DNA of 64,000 nt from Escherichia coli (GTDB lineage: Bacteria; Pseudomonadota; Gammaproteobacteria; Enterobacterales; Enterobacteriaceae): assembly GCF_016026235.1 (NCBI RefSeq), contig NZ_CP065614.1; one strand, given 5' to 3'. The stretch's first letter is position 1. Every line of letters starts with the position of its first letter. This document shows positions 40,377-53,533 of the stretch, in pieces. The position numbers were made by a program, and so were the translations under genes. The notes below the pieces were generated by a model that did no database searches, was not told where the DNA came from, and worked only from the letters and a program-made list of their open reading frames with translations.

Positions 40377-41504
40377 TTATTTGTGACATTGTGGTTGTTG
40401 TGCGACAGACATTGCTATTCGGCCCATATCCCAGATAAAACCCGCCAGCTCACGTGCAACAGCAACAATTGTAATATTGACATTCTTTCCTTTGGCCTGA
40501 AGTTTTCGATACCTCTTACAAAGCCTGAGTTGAGCATCCCATGCTCTGTCAATGACGGGGCGGGGTAAATTTTCCTGCCTTTTTTGTATTGCCGGACTGA
40601 TGCGTGCCGGATGACGGTAACTCCACGCTGCCTCGACCAATAGCTTTCTGGCATAGCTGTTTCCGGCTTTGGTAATGCTGCCCTGATGTCTGCTTCCACC
40701 CGATGAATATTCTGATGGCGTGATACCAAACCATGACATCAGTTGTCGTGGATGTTCAAAACGGGTCAGATCACCCAGTTCAGAAATTAATCCAACCGCA
40801 GTAATAAACTGAATCCCTCGCATGGCTTGCAGCGCCTCTACTACCGGATACAGCCTCCATTCGGTAACGGCCTCCTTCAGGGCGGATTCCAGCCGTTCAC
40901 ATTGTGCCTGCCGGTCTTCTATTGTACGACGGTGTTCGTCAAAAGCTAATTGTCGCCAGGGACTTTCGAATGAGTATTTGCTGAGCCAGCGTCGGTGTGC
41001 AGGGCCCCAATCTGCTCGCCCGACATAATGGACCCCATGAACCAGAAGAAACGATTTCAGACGTTGCCTTGCATGCCGTAAATCATCGCGGGCAGATGCC
41101 CATGCCCGGGCCAAATCCCGGAATGCCTCATCTTCAATGCCGGGTACGTAGACAGCAGAAAGATCTCCTGCACGCAGTGAACGCACAAGTCTGATGGCAT
41201 CACGGCGATCGGTTTTAACCCGCTCCCCCGGTTTTTTCGGGATAAGTGAGGGGGCGCAGACCATGCAGTCAAAACCGGATTTCACCAGCCGACGATAAAG
41301 TCCATAACCACAGGGCCCCGCTTCATAAACGATACTGACCTGCGATGACTTTGACCTGAGACGTTTACAAAGATTCTGAATATCAGTAGGTGATGTGCCA
41401 ATTTTACCCATCAGTTCAACAGGTTCTGAATTGATAGCATAAGCGACAGTAATCGATTCTTTGTGAACATCTAACCCGACGTACAATGTGTTATTGTTGT
41501 TCAT
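40377..41504 (-). CDS. IS110/IS1111-family transposase, copy 2
   Basis: Protein identical to that encoded at 1124-2251. Confidence 0.9.
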   Translation of the reverse strand: MNNNNTLYVGLDVHKESITVAYAINSEPVELMGKIGTSPTDIQNLCKRLRSKSSQVSIVYEAGPCGYGLYRRLVKSGFDCMVCAPSLIPKKPGERVKTDRRDAIRLVRSLRAGDLSAVYVPGIEDEAFRDLARAWASARDDLRHARQRLKSFLLVHGVHYVGRADWGPAHRRWLSKYSFESPWRQLAFDEHRRTIEDRQAQCERLESALKEAVTEWRLYPVVEALQAMRGIQFITAVGLISELGDLTRFEHPRQLMSWFGITPSEYSSGGSRHQGSITKAGNSYARKLLVEAAWSYRHPARISPAIQKRQENLPRPVIDRAWDAQLRLCKRYRKLQAKGKNVNITIVAVARELAGFIWDMGRIAMSVAQQPQCHK

Positions 41505-41634
41505 GCTGGCCTCCGTGGTGGAAATACCGGGGTGTAGCAACAGCTCACCCATGCGGCTCTGACAACGATGTTAACCCGCGTTAAATATCCCACGTTGGCC
41601 AGCATCTGTCTCACGGAAAGTCATACTGCCTTAC

Positions 41635-41750
41635 CAATATCAACACCAACCGGATTTGTGGAGCCTCCAGTCTGAAGGGGCTTTATGCGTTCCGTATAGG
41701 ATATTATGATGCTGGAGTTTTGCGAAGCTCCACTCCTTTCCGAACATTTA
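41635..41750 (-). pseudogene. Left end and first codons of a third IS110-family element, cut by IS1111-type copy 2
   Basis: The minus strand encodes ..PVGVDI next to the junction. The leader is similar to 48751-48845. Confidence 0.5.
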
Positions 41751-42002
41751 CACAGATATTGCCTAAGAAAAGTGAAACCATAATATGGTTATAGTCCCTT
41801 TCAGTGCAAATACTTAGCTTGTTGCACAGAGAAATAGAAGCTGCATAAGCTCTTTCTTCAAAAAATGTAAATAAAGTTAAATATAGGAAAAATTACTTAA
41901 TCTATCTTAATAACGGAAAGATTTTGTATACAATCACTGTTACAGAAATTTCTTAGTTACTCTGTAAACACTAAATATAGTTTGGTATATTCTGTTGAAT
42001 TT

Positions 42003-44817
<2,815 letters not shown>

Positions 44818-45913
44818 ATACCATCCGGCCGCCACACAGCACGCATTCGAACAGGTCACGACTCAGGAACTGTTTCACCATTTGTGCATAGCACACTTTC
44901 GCCACTGGTTCCGGTTTATCCATCCCCAGAGCACGGTACACCTGCGGCAGCTTCTCTCCACACACCCGGTTGGCAAGGAACCCGAAGTACCTCACCATCT
45001 TAAAAAACTTCTCCGGGATGTGCTGTTTCAGCCTCGCGACCAGCTCACGCTGTGTCAGCGTTTCCGTCGCCGTTTCTCCCGTTTTGTGGTCCAGGTAACG
45101 GAAGCTCAGGCTCGCCCCTCCGTTGTAATGTGCCAGCCGGGAGGCCGCTATCGGCGGCTTCTTCAGATAACGACCCAGGTAGCGCGCCGTATTCCTCCCG
45201 CCGGCCGTTTTTTTCGACATGTACACATGCCAGTATTTTCCTCCGGCTTTCAGCACCAGGCTTCTCCTCTGTGATTCCGTCGTGATATGTGACAACGACT
45301 CCGGCATCGCCAGCCCCTCTGACCACGCTTTCAGAAGCCGTTGCCGCATATTCCACATCCACCGCGAACGCATCGCGTCTTTCAGGAAGCTCAGCTTTTT
45401 CCACTGACCATGCTTATTCAGACCTCCACAGGTTACAGACACATGTACATGCGGATGCCAGTTGAGACGACGGCCATACGTGTGGATGGCGCAGAAGATA
45501 CCGGGTTCCTGCCCCCGTTTCCGGGCGGCATACAGCAGATTCTCCACCGCCAGACGGCACACGTCATTCAGCAGCCACCGGTTGCTTTCGAATACCGGCC
45601 ACAGCGTGTCCGGCAGGGTGAAGACCAGGTGTACCCAGTCGCAGTCAGGAAGACGATTCAGCTGTGTCGCTATCCACAGGTCTGTGGCCTTTTTTCCGCA
45701 GGACGGGCAGGCACGGCTGCCGCATGAGTTAGTGACGTATCTGACGTGGGGGCAGTCAGGTTTATCGCAGTTGTATTCCTTCACTCCCAGTATCCGCGTG
45801 CCGCAGGCCAGCATTTTGGTGACAGCCTCAACCCCGATATCGCGCAGACCGCCCGCATCCAGGAAGGATGTCCAGCACTGGTTGGCCGTGAACAGACGTT
45901 TCAGCGGGCGGGG
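44818..45913 (-). pseudogene. IS91-family transposase copy D, truncated at both ends
   Basis: Colinear with 52149-53357 from PRPLKRLF to ...ECVLCGGRMV. Abuts IS911 at 44817. Confidence 0.8.
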
Positions 45914-45940
45914 AGTAAAAGCGGACAACATGAGGACGGA

Positions 45941-46129
45941 TTAACCCCCGGTATCCTGTAGCCGGGTAAGGGCTGCTGTGTCGCCACGGCGCTCCAGGAT
46001 GGAGGCCGCGACCATCGCAGGTGGTGGGTCCATGGGTTTGAGCATCTTCATCCAGTCCCATTCACGTTGTGAGAGCTTCTCAGCACCAACAGAAAGCAGA
46101 ACGGGATCTATACTTTTGCGGGTCAACAT
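45941..46129 (-). CDS. Hypothetical 62-aa ORF of unknown origin
   Basis: ORF only. No recognisable family. Lies between two IS fragments. Confidence 0.2.
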   Translation of the reverse strand: MLTRKSIDPVLLSVGAEKLSQREWDWMKMLKPMDPPPAMVAASILERRGDTAALTRLQDTGG

Positions 46130-46184
46130 AAGAGGATGAGTCCTTAATAAAACAGGTCCTCAGAGCATACATATTCTGCGGAGC

Positions 46185-46543
46185 GTGCGGCAACAACAGG
46201 ACGAACAGGGGCGGTTTTCAATTTGCAGCCGTCAGGCTGCCGTGGTTCAGCGCCTGATGGGAATCCTCTCACTTAAGGCAGCGATTAAGGTCAAGCGATA
46301 CCGCTCTTACAGAGGAGAGGTAGGGCAAACCGCCCCCAATGTTCTCCAAAGAGATTTCAAGGCTACGCGGCCAAACGAGAAGTGGGTTACCGATGTTACT
46401 GAATTTGCAGTCAATGGGCGCAAGCTGTATTTGTCTCCAGTAATAGATCTCTTCAACAACGAAGTTATTTCTTACAGCCTTTCGGAAAGACCAGTGATGA
46501 ACATGGTCGAGAATATGCTCGATCAGGCATTCAAAAAGCTTAA
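46185..46543 (+). pseudogene. IS150 OrfB internal fragment
   Basis: Contains ...[60 protein letters not shown]. Cut by IS629 at 46544. Confidence 0.75.
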
Positions 46544-47853
46544 TGAACCGCCCCGGGAATCCTGGAGACTAAACTTCCTGAGAAAGAGGTAAACAGGATG
46601 ACTAAAAATACTCGTTTTTCCCCCGAAGTCCGTCAACGGGCAGTCCGTATGGTTCTGGAAAGTCAGGGCGAATATGACTCACAATGGGCGACAATCTGTT
46701 CCATTGCTCCAAAGATTGGCTGTACGCCGGAGACTCTGCGTGTCTGGGTTCGCCAGCATGAGCGGGATACCGGGGGCGGTGATGGAGGGCTCACCACCGC
46801 TGAACGTCAGCGTCTGAAAGAGCTGGAGCGTGAAAATCGTGAACTGCGCCGCAGTAACGATATCCTTCGCCAGGCTTCCGCTTATTTTGCGAAGGCGGAG
46901 TTCGACCGCCTCTGGAAAAAATGATGCCACTGCTGGATAAGCTGCGTGAGCAGTACGGGGTCGGACCGCTATGCAGCGAACTGCATATTGCCCCGTCAAC
47001 GTATTACCACTGTCAGCAACAGCGACATCATCCGGATAAACGCAGTGCCCGTGCGCAGCGCGATGACTGGCTGAAGAAAGAGATACAGCGCGTATACGAT
47101 GAAAATCACAAGGTATACGGTGTGCGTAAAGTCTGGCGTCAGTTGTTACGGGAAGGTATCAGAGTGGCCAGATGCACTGTGGCACGTCTCATGGCGGTTA
47201 TGGGACTTGCCGGTGTTCTCCGGGGTAAAAAGGTCCGTACGACCATCAGCCGGAAAGCCGTTGCCGCAGGCGACCGCGTAAACCGTCAGTTCGTGGCAGA
47301 ACGACCTGACCAGCTGTGGGTGGCTGATTTTACTTACGTCAGCACATGGCAGGGCTTCGTCTATGTGGCGTTCATCATTGATGTGTTTGCCGGATGCATC
47401 GTGGGGTGGCGGGTCTCATCGTCCATGGAAACGACATTCGTGCTGGATGCACTGGAGCAGGCGTTATGGGCCCGTCGACCGTCCGGCACGGTCCATCACA
47501 GTGATAAAGGTTCTCAGTATGTATCGCTGGCCTACACACAGCGGCTTAAGGAAGCCGGATTACTGGCATCAACAGGAAGTACAGGCGACTCGTATGACAA
47601 CGCGATGGCGGAGAGCATCAATGGTCTTTACAAAGCGGAGGTAATACACCGTAAGAGCTGGAAAAACCGTGCAGAAGTGGAACTGGCCACACTCACGTGG
47701 GTGGACTGGTATAACAATCGACGATTGCTGGAAAGGCTGGGCCATACTCCTCCGGCAGAAGCAGAAAAAGCTTATTATGCTTCCATCGGAAACGATGATC
47801 TGGCAGCCTGAGTTCACAGATAAAACACTCTCCAGGAAACCCGGGGCGGTTCA
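46544..47853 (+). mobile_element. IS629, copy 3, intact
   Basis: 1310 bp. OrfA is at 46598-46924 and the 296-aa OrfB at 46921-47811, in -1 frame relation. The flanks are unrelated. Confidence 0.9.
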
Positions 47854-48443
47854 ACCGACGATAATTCCGTTATCTGCCAGCTCCGTCTGGAGCCGCCGGG
47901 TTCCATATGTTTCGCGAGTGCGGATATGTGCCACCTTAATCTCCAGTTTTAGCCGCTCATCACTTTGTTTTCTGTCTGAGGGGGCATGCTGTACCCGGTC
48001 GTAATAACCGCTCCTGGATACACCAGGTACCCGACACATCGCTTCAACAGGGAATTGTTGTCGCCATTGTTCGACTAACGCGTATTTTTCAGCGACTCCT
48101 GGGCAAAATACGCTGTTGCTTTTTTTAATATATCTCGCTCAAGTCGTGCTTCATTTAAAGCCTTACGCAGTTGCATAACTTCAGATTCCAGCTCAGCCAC
48201 TGTGCGGGAGCCTGGTGTATTGAGCCCTTTTCTTGCAGCGGTAACCCATTGTCCTAAAGTGCCTTCAGGAACAGATAATCGGGAAGCGCCTTCACTGATC
48301 GAAAGCTGATTTTCAGGAACCGTTTTGACGGCTTCGGCTTTAAACTCCGTAGAGTAACGTTGGGTTTTTCTGCTCATTATTGGCTCCTTCTGATGCCATT
48401 CTATTTCAGGAAGGAGTGTCCGTTAAACTCAGGCTACCTCAAC
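47854..48443 (-). pseudogene. IS600 left part (IRL, orfA, start of orfB)
   Basis: OrfA (48075-48377) reads MSRKTQRYSTEFKAEAVKTV...AYFAQESLKNTR. The end sequence is TGAGGTAGCCTGAGTTTAACGGACAC (reverse complement, at 48443). Confidence 0.75.
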
Positions 48444-48660
48444 TCTCGTCTGGGGAATATCTCCCCGGCAGCCTTCAGGATAAAATATTATCAGATGACT
48501 GCTTAGAAAAAGAACAAATGGTGGTGTCCGCTATTGCCAGTACACCTCAAGCTTCTTACCATATTTGAAATAAAGCTCAATAGCGCAAATTTTTTGTTCT
48601 TCAGTAAACATGTTTCATCTTCTGAGAGTCCAGGAAATCGTCCGCATCCCCATTACCGTC

Positions 48661-48845
48661 TTATATCACTGGCGCTGACATGTGCTCATTGATGAAGTGA
48701 ATCTGAATGACATGTTTTGCCATATCAACGCCAACCGGTGTATATTTCATTTGTGGAGTCTCCAGTCTGAGGACGCTTTATGCATCCCGTATTGGGCAGT
48801 ATGATGCCGGAAAGCTGCGAGGCTCCACACCTGCCAGTTTCACCC
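48661..48845 (-). pseudogene. Third-kind IS110-family element: leader plus about 30 N-terminal codons
   Basis: Encodes MKYTPVGVDMAKHVIQIHFINEH... The leader resembles 41660-41745. Confidence 0.5.
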
Positions 48846-48874
48846 TTTTAACCATCATACTACTCCGTGTTTAA

Positions 48875-49120
48875 TTGTGTGGGATGCGTTCATTACATTT
48901 TAACAGTGTCACCCCGTCGGCCACGAAAGATAAACAGGTGACCAGAAAAGGGATCTTCATCCAGCACATGCTATATCTTGAACGTAACAACCTGACCCTC
49001 CGCACCCGCATCAAGCGGCTGGCACGTAAAACAATCTGCTTCTCGCGTTCCGTGGAAATCCACGAAAAGTCATCGGCTCCTTCATTGAAAAACACATATT
49101 CTACTGATTGGAAGCGCCAC
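48875..49120. pseudogene. Mosaic of IS66 TnpB (minus) and IS1-family InsB-like (plus) fragments
   Basis: The minus strand encodes ..DPFSGHLFIFRG. The plus strand encodes ERNNLTLRTRIKRLARKTICFSRSVEIHEK. Confidence 0.6.
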
Positions 49121-49128
49121 CCGAAAAA

Positions 49129-49145
49129 GTATCGTTTTTTTACAG
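49129..49145 (+). promoter_or_regulatory. MxiE box
   Basis: Reads GTATCGTTTTTTTACAG. Located 72 nt upstream of the ospE-like ATG at 49217. Confidence 0.8.
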
Positions 49146-49216
49146 TAAACTTCATTTAGCCGACTATAATGTAAAAAAAATAAATTTTTTACCAAAATAT
49201 AACATAAGGAAGTAAT

Positions 49217-49485
49217 ATGCTTACACAAACCATATTCCCTTGTCTTCCCAAAAAACAAGAAAATATCATCCCTGAAGTATCAAATACTATATTATTATCT
49301 TCTACTGTTACTACAGATGGATATACTGTTTTTAATAAACAAAAACAGCCATATACGAATTGCAAATACCTGCTACCAACCGAACGAAAAAGTTGAAATT
49401 CACAGCTACAGAAATACAATGGTTGACAAAGATAAATGAAGCCGGAATTGATGAAAAACAAAGCCAACGGTATTCTGATTTCTGA
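49217..49485 (+). pseudogene. ospE: ospE-like gene, frameshifted
   Basis: Same N-terminus (MLTQTIFPCLPKKQENII...) as 39043-39309. AATAAACAAAAACAGCC replaces AATAAAAAAGCAGC, a +2 nt change that leads to a premature stop. Confidence 0.7.
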
Positions 49486-49876
49486 AGTTAATTTCAGACT
49501 CGTTTAAGCTCCATTTTCAAAAAAAATATATCAGGGTTTGTTACTAATAACTTCTGAAAACAGAAAAAAAATAGAGCAGTAATTCTATTTCAGAGAGGAG
49601 TAACTCCATCTATCCTCGATACGTACTGAACGTTATCGTGATATATTCATCATGCTTTCTTCACCATTATTCGAGTACAGGGAGAGACGCAATGACCTTA
49701 AATACCTTTTTATGGCTGAATTACCATTCTCAGGAATAACAGCAGACTCCTTCCCATAGACGGCTTAGGGGGAAAGCAATACCCGGAGAAAGGGTACAAA
49801 GCAAACTGTTTTAAAATTAATAAGCTATATTCTATTTCACTAGAATTCTTATCGTTGATAAGAAATTTTAGTTATA

Positions 49877-51604
49877 ATGATTAAATCAACCAATATACAG
49901 GCAATCGGTTCTGGTATTATGCATCAAATAAACAATATATACTCGTTAACTCCATTTTCTTTACCTATGGAACTGACTCCATCTTGTAATGAATTTTATT
50001 TAAAAGCCTGGAGTGAATGGGAAAAGAACGGTACCCCAGGCGAGCAACGCAATATCGCCTTCAATAGGCTGAAAATATGTTTACAAAATCAAGAGGCAGA
50101 ATTAAATTTATCTGAGTTAGATTTAAAAACATTACCAGATTTACCGCCTCAGATAACAACACTGGAAATAAGAAAAAACCTATTAACACATCTCCCTGAT
50201 TTACCACCAATGCTTAAGGTAATACATGCTCAATTTAATCAACTGGAAAGCTTACCTGCCTTACCCGAGACGTTAGAAGAGCTTAATGCGGGTGATAACA
50301 AGATAAAAGAATTACCATTTCTTCCTGAAAATCTAACTCATTTACGGGTTCATAATAACCGATTGCATATTCTGCCACTATTGCCACCGGAACTAAAATT
50401 ACTGGTAGTTTCTGGAAACAGATTAGACAGCATTCCCCCCTTTCCAGATAAGCTTGAAGGGCTGGCTCTGGCTAATAATTTTATAGAACAACTACCGGAA
50501 TTACCTTTTAGTATGAACAGGGCTGTGCTAATGAATAATAATCTGACAACACTTCCGGAAAGTGTCCTGAGATTAGCTCAGAATGCCTTCGTAAATGTTG
50601 CAGGTAATCCATTGTCTGGCCATACCATGCGTACACTACAACAAATAACCACCGGACCAGATTATTCTGGTCCTCGAATATTTTTCTCTATGGGAAATTC
50701 TGCCACAATTTCCGCTCCAGAACACTCCCTGGCTGATGCCGTGACAGCATGGTTCCCGGAAAACAAACAATCTGATGTATCACAGATATGGCATGCTTTT
50801 GAACATGAAGAGCATGCCAACACCTTTTCCGCGTTCCTTGACCGCCTTTCCGATACCGTCTCTGCACGCAATACCTCCGGATTCCGTGAACAGGTCGCTG
50901 CATGGCTGGAAAAACTCAGTGCCTCTGCGGAGCTTCGACAGCAGTCTTTCGCTGTTGCTGCTGATGCCACTGAGAGCTGTGAGGACCGTGTCGCGCTCAC
51001 ATGGAACAATCTCCGGAAAACCCTCCTGGTCCATCAGGCATCAGAAGGCCTTTTCGATAATGATACCGGCGCTCTGCTCTCCCTGGGCAGGGAAATGTTC
51101 CGCCTCGAAATTCTGGAGGACATTGCCCGGGATAAAGTCAGAACTCTCCATTTTGTGGATGAGATAGAAGTCTACCTGGCCTTCCAGACCATGCTCGCAG
51201 AGAAACTTCAGCTCTCCACTGCCGTGAAGGAAATGCGTTTCTATGGCGTGTCGGGAGTGACAGCAAATGACCTCCGCACTGCCGAAGCCATGGTCAGAAG
51301 CCGTGAAGAGAATGAATTTAAGGACTGGTTCTCCCTCTGGGGACCATGGCATGCTGTACTGAAGCGTACGGAAGCTGACCGCTGGGCGCAGGCAGAAGAG
51401 CAGAAGTATGAGATGCTGGAGAATGAGTACTCTCAGAGGGTGGCTGACCGGCTGAAAGCATCAGGTCTGAGCGGTGATGCGGATGCGGAGAGGGAAGCCG
51501 GTGCACAGGTGATGCGTGAGACTGAACAGCAGATTTACCGTCAGTTGACTGACGAGGTACTGGCCCTGCGATTGTCTGAAAACGGCTCAAATCATATCGC
51601 ATAA
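49877..51604 (+). CDS. ipaH: IpaH-family LRR + NEL E3 ubiquitin ligase effector (IpaH1.4/2.5 type)
   Basis: N-terminus MIKSTNIQAIGSGIMHQINN, LRR repeats of the LxxLPxLPxxL type, and NEL catalytic motif SCEDRVALTWNNL. 575 aa. Confidence 0.9.
   Translation: MIKSTNIQAIGSGIMHQINNIYSLTPFSLPMELTPSCNEFYLKAWSEWEKNGTPGEQRNIAFNRLKICLQNQEAELNLSELDLKTLPDLPPQITTLEIRKNLLTHLPDLPPMLKVIHAQFNQLESLPALPETLEELNAGDNKIKELPFLPENLTHLRVHNNRLHILPLLPPELKLLVVSGNRLDSIPPFPDKLEGLALANNFIEQLPELPFSMNRAVLMNNNLTTLPESVLRLAQNAFVNVAGNPLSGHTMRTLQQITTGPDYSGPRIFFSMGNSATISAPEHSLADAVTAWFPENKQSDVSQIWHAFEHEEHANTFSAFLDRLSDTVSARNTSGFREQVAAWLEKLSASAELRQQSFAVAADATESCEDRVALTWNNLRKTLLVHQASEGLFDNDTGALLSLGREMFRLEILEDIARDKVRTLHFVDEIEVYLAFQTMLAEKLQLSTAVKEMRFYGVSGVTANDLRTAEAMVRSREENEFKDWFSLWGPWHAVLKRTEADRWAQAEEQKYEMLENEYSQRVADRLKASGLSGDADAEREAGAQVMRETEQQIYRQLTDEVLALRLSENGSNHIA
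50729..51589 (+). repeat. NEL-domain repeat copy 1
   Basis: 861 bp nearly identical to 57751-58611 and to 61246-62082 (the latter truncated to 837 bp). Confidence 0.95.
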
Positions 51605-51619
51605 CCCACTGATAATGTT

Positions 51620-51789
51620 TACTACCGGATGTAGCTTTTTTCATGCCCGAGATGGTCAGTTAGTTCCGCATTAAGCACCGTTTCGACAGTTAATTTCGTC
51701 TGCATACGGGAAAACTGATTGAGGTCGGCCTCGGTTTTGAGGCCTTTAGCCAGTTCAGCCGCAAGGGCTTTAAGCTTCTTTTCGTCCAT
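51620..51789 (-). pseudogene. IS256-family transposase N-terminal fragment
   Basis: MDEKKLKALAAELAKGLKTEADLNQFSRMQTKLTVETVLNAELTDHLGHEK. Confidence 0.65.
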
Positions 51790-51815
51790 AATTTACCTGT
51801 CTCCGTTGTTGGAGT

Positions 51816-53532
51816 GAACCACGGCAGCCTGGCGGCTGCAAATCGGGGTGTGGCAGAATATGAGCTTTCAGAGTAACCATCCAGAATGAGTTCCCATGTC
51901 ACACAACCTGGAGCACCAGAAAGTCCACACCAGAATGGTGAAAGAGGTTCTGAAATCCGTCGCCAGAGCCAATAATCACCCTTATCCGTCCGTATTTGCA
52001 GACTTTATCGCCGGTCATCCCTCCTGCACGGTCTGTTTCTGGGAAACCTTCCACAAAATGTACCCGGATTCACCGTACGAATACGTCACGTTCTGCCATA
52101 CCTGCCGTCGTTTTGATTTATACGAAACAGAAGCGGAGATGAAGGCGGATGACCCGAAGTGGTGGTGATTTTCAGCCCCGACCGCTGAAACGCCTGTTCA
52201 CAGCCAACCAGTGCTGGACGTCCTTCCTGGATGCGGGCGGTCTGCGCGATATCGGGGTTGAGGCTGTCACCAAAATGCTGGCCTGCGGCACGCGGATACT
52301 GGGCGTGAAGGAATACAACTGCGATAAACCTGACTGCCCCCACGTCAGATACGTCACTAACTCATGCGGCAGCCGTGCCTGCCCGTCCTGCGGAAAAAAG
52401 GCCACAGACCTGTGGATAGCGACACAGCTGAATCGTCTTCCTGACTGCGACTGGGTACACCTGGTCTTCACCCTGCCGGACACGCTGTGGCCGGTGTTCG
52501 AAAGCAACCGGTGGCTGCTGAATGACGTGTGCCGTCTGGCGGTGGAGAATCTGCTGTATGCCGCCCGGAAACGGGGGCAGGAACCCGGTATCTTCTGCGC
52601 CATCCACACGTATGGCCGTCGTCTCAACTGGCATCCGCATGTACATGTGTCTGTAACCTGTGGAGGTCTGAATAAGCATGGTCAGTGGAAAAAGCTGAGC
52701 TTCCTGAAAGACGCGATGCGTTCGCGGTGGATGTGGAATATGCGGCAACGGCTTCTGAAAGCGTGGTCAGAGGGGCTGGCGATGCCGGAGTCGTTGTCAC
52801 ATATCACGACGGAATCACAGAGGAGAAGCCTGGTGCTGAAAGCCGGAGGAAAATACTGGCATGTGTACATGTCGAAAAAAACGGCCGGCGGGAGGAATAC
52901 GGCGCGCTACCTGGGTCGTTATCTGAAGAAGCCGCCGATAGCGGCCTCCCGGCTGGCACATTACAACGGAGGGGCGAGCCTGAGCTTCCGTTACCTGGAC
53001 CACAAAACGGGAGAAACGGCGACGGAAACGCTGACACAGCGTGAGCTGGTCGCGAGGCTGAAACAGCACATCCCGGAGAAGTTTTTTAAGATGGTGAGGT
53101 ACTTCGGGTTCCTTGCCAACCGGGTGTGTGGAGAGAAGCTGCCGCAGGTGTACCGTGCTCTGGGGATGGATAAACCGGAACCAGTGGCGAAAGTGTGCTA
53201 TGCACAAATGGTGAAACAGTTCCTGAGTCGTGACCCGTTCGAATGCGTGCTGTGTGGCGGCCGGATGGTATACCGCCGGGCCATTGCGGGGCTGAATGTG
53301 GAGGGGCTGAAGAAAAACGCGCGGGATATCAGTCTGCTGAGGTATATGCCGGCCTGACACAGGCTAAGTGTGCCCGGGAATCGGTGCAAGTATAAAAAAC
53401 AGCCTGTTGCGGTATAAGAATCGACCATGCAGAGAGAGAAAACACCGGAGTGGAGGGAAAAGCAGAAAAGCTCACGTGGCATAAGGCGTGGACAGCGGTA
53501 TCGTCTGGTTTTTCAATTTCCTATACGTGAAC
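51816..53532 (+). mobile_element. IS91-family element, copy E, apparently intact
   Basis: 1717 bp with both ends as in copy A. Accessory ORF at 51896-52168. Confidence 0.8.
52149..53357 (+). CDS. IS91-family HUH rolling-circle transposase
   Basis: 402 aa. Motifs CGSRACPSCGKK, WHPHVHV and YLGRYLKKPP. Confidence 0.85.
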   Translation: MTRSGGDFQPRPLKRLFTANQCWTSFLDAGGLRDIGVEAVTKMLACGTRILGVKEYNCDKPDCPHVRYVTNSCGSRACPSCGKKATDLWIATQLNRLPDCDWVHLVFTLPDTLWPVFESNRWLLNDVCRLAVENLLYAARKRGQEPGIFCAIHTYGRRLNWHPHVHVSVTCGGLNKHGQWKKLSFLKDAMRSRWMWNMRQRLLKAWSEGLAMPESLSHITTESQRRSLVLKAGGKYWHVYMSKKTAGGRNTARYLGRYLKKPPIAASRLAHYNGGASLSFRYLDHKTGETATETLTQRELVARLKQHIPEKFFKMVRYFGFLANRVCGEKLPQVYRALGMDKPEPVAKVCYAQMVKQFLSRDPFECVLCGGRMVYRRAIAGLNVEGLKKNARDISLLRYMPA

Positions 53533-53533
53533 T

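Larger units (their letters stand above)
39900..41634 (-). mobile_element. IS1111-subgroup element, copy 2 (with duplicated 3-prime end)
   Basis: Inverted copy of 994-2522, at 1735 bp (1529 + 205-bp tandem duplication + 1-nt homopolymer difference). Confidence 0.85.

Noticed and set aside
50662-51352. Several 70-130-aa ORFs on both strands inside the ipaH NEL region (for example 50662-51009, 50775-51167 and 51041-51352). Identical sets recur at about 57.6-58.4 kb and 61.1-61.9 kb.
   Set aside because: They lie entirely inside a well-supported coding region. They recur only because the DNA is repeated, and they have no ribosome-binding sites or recognisable motifs.
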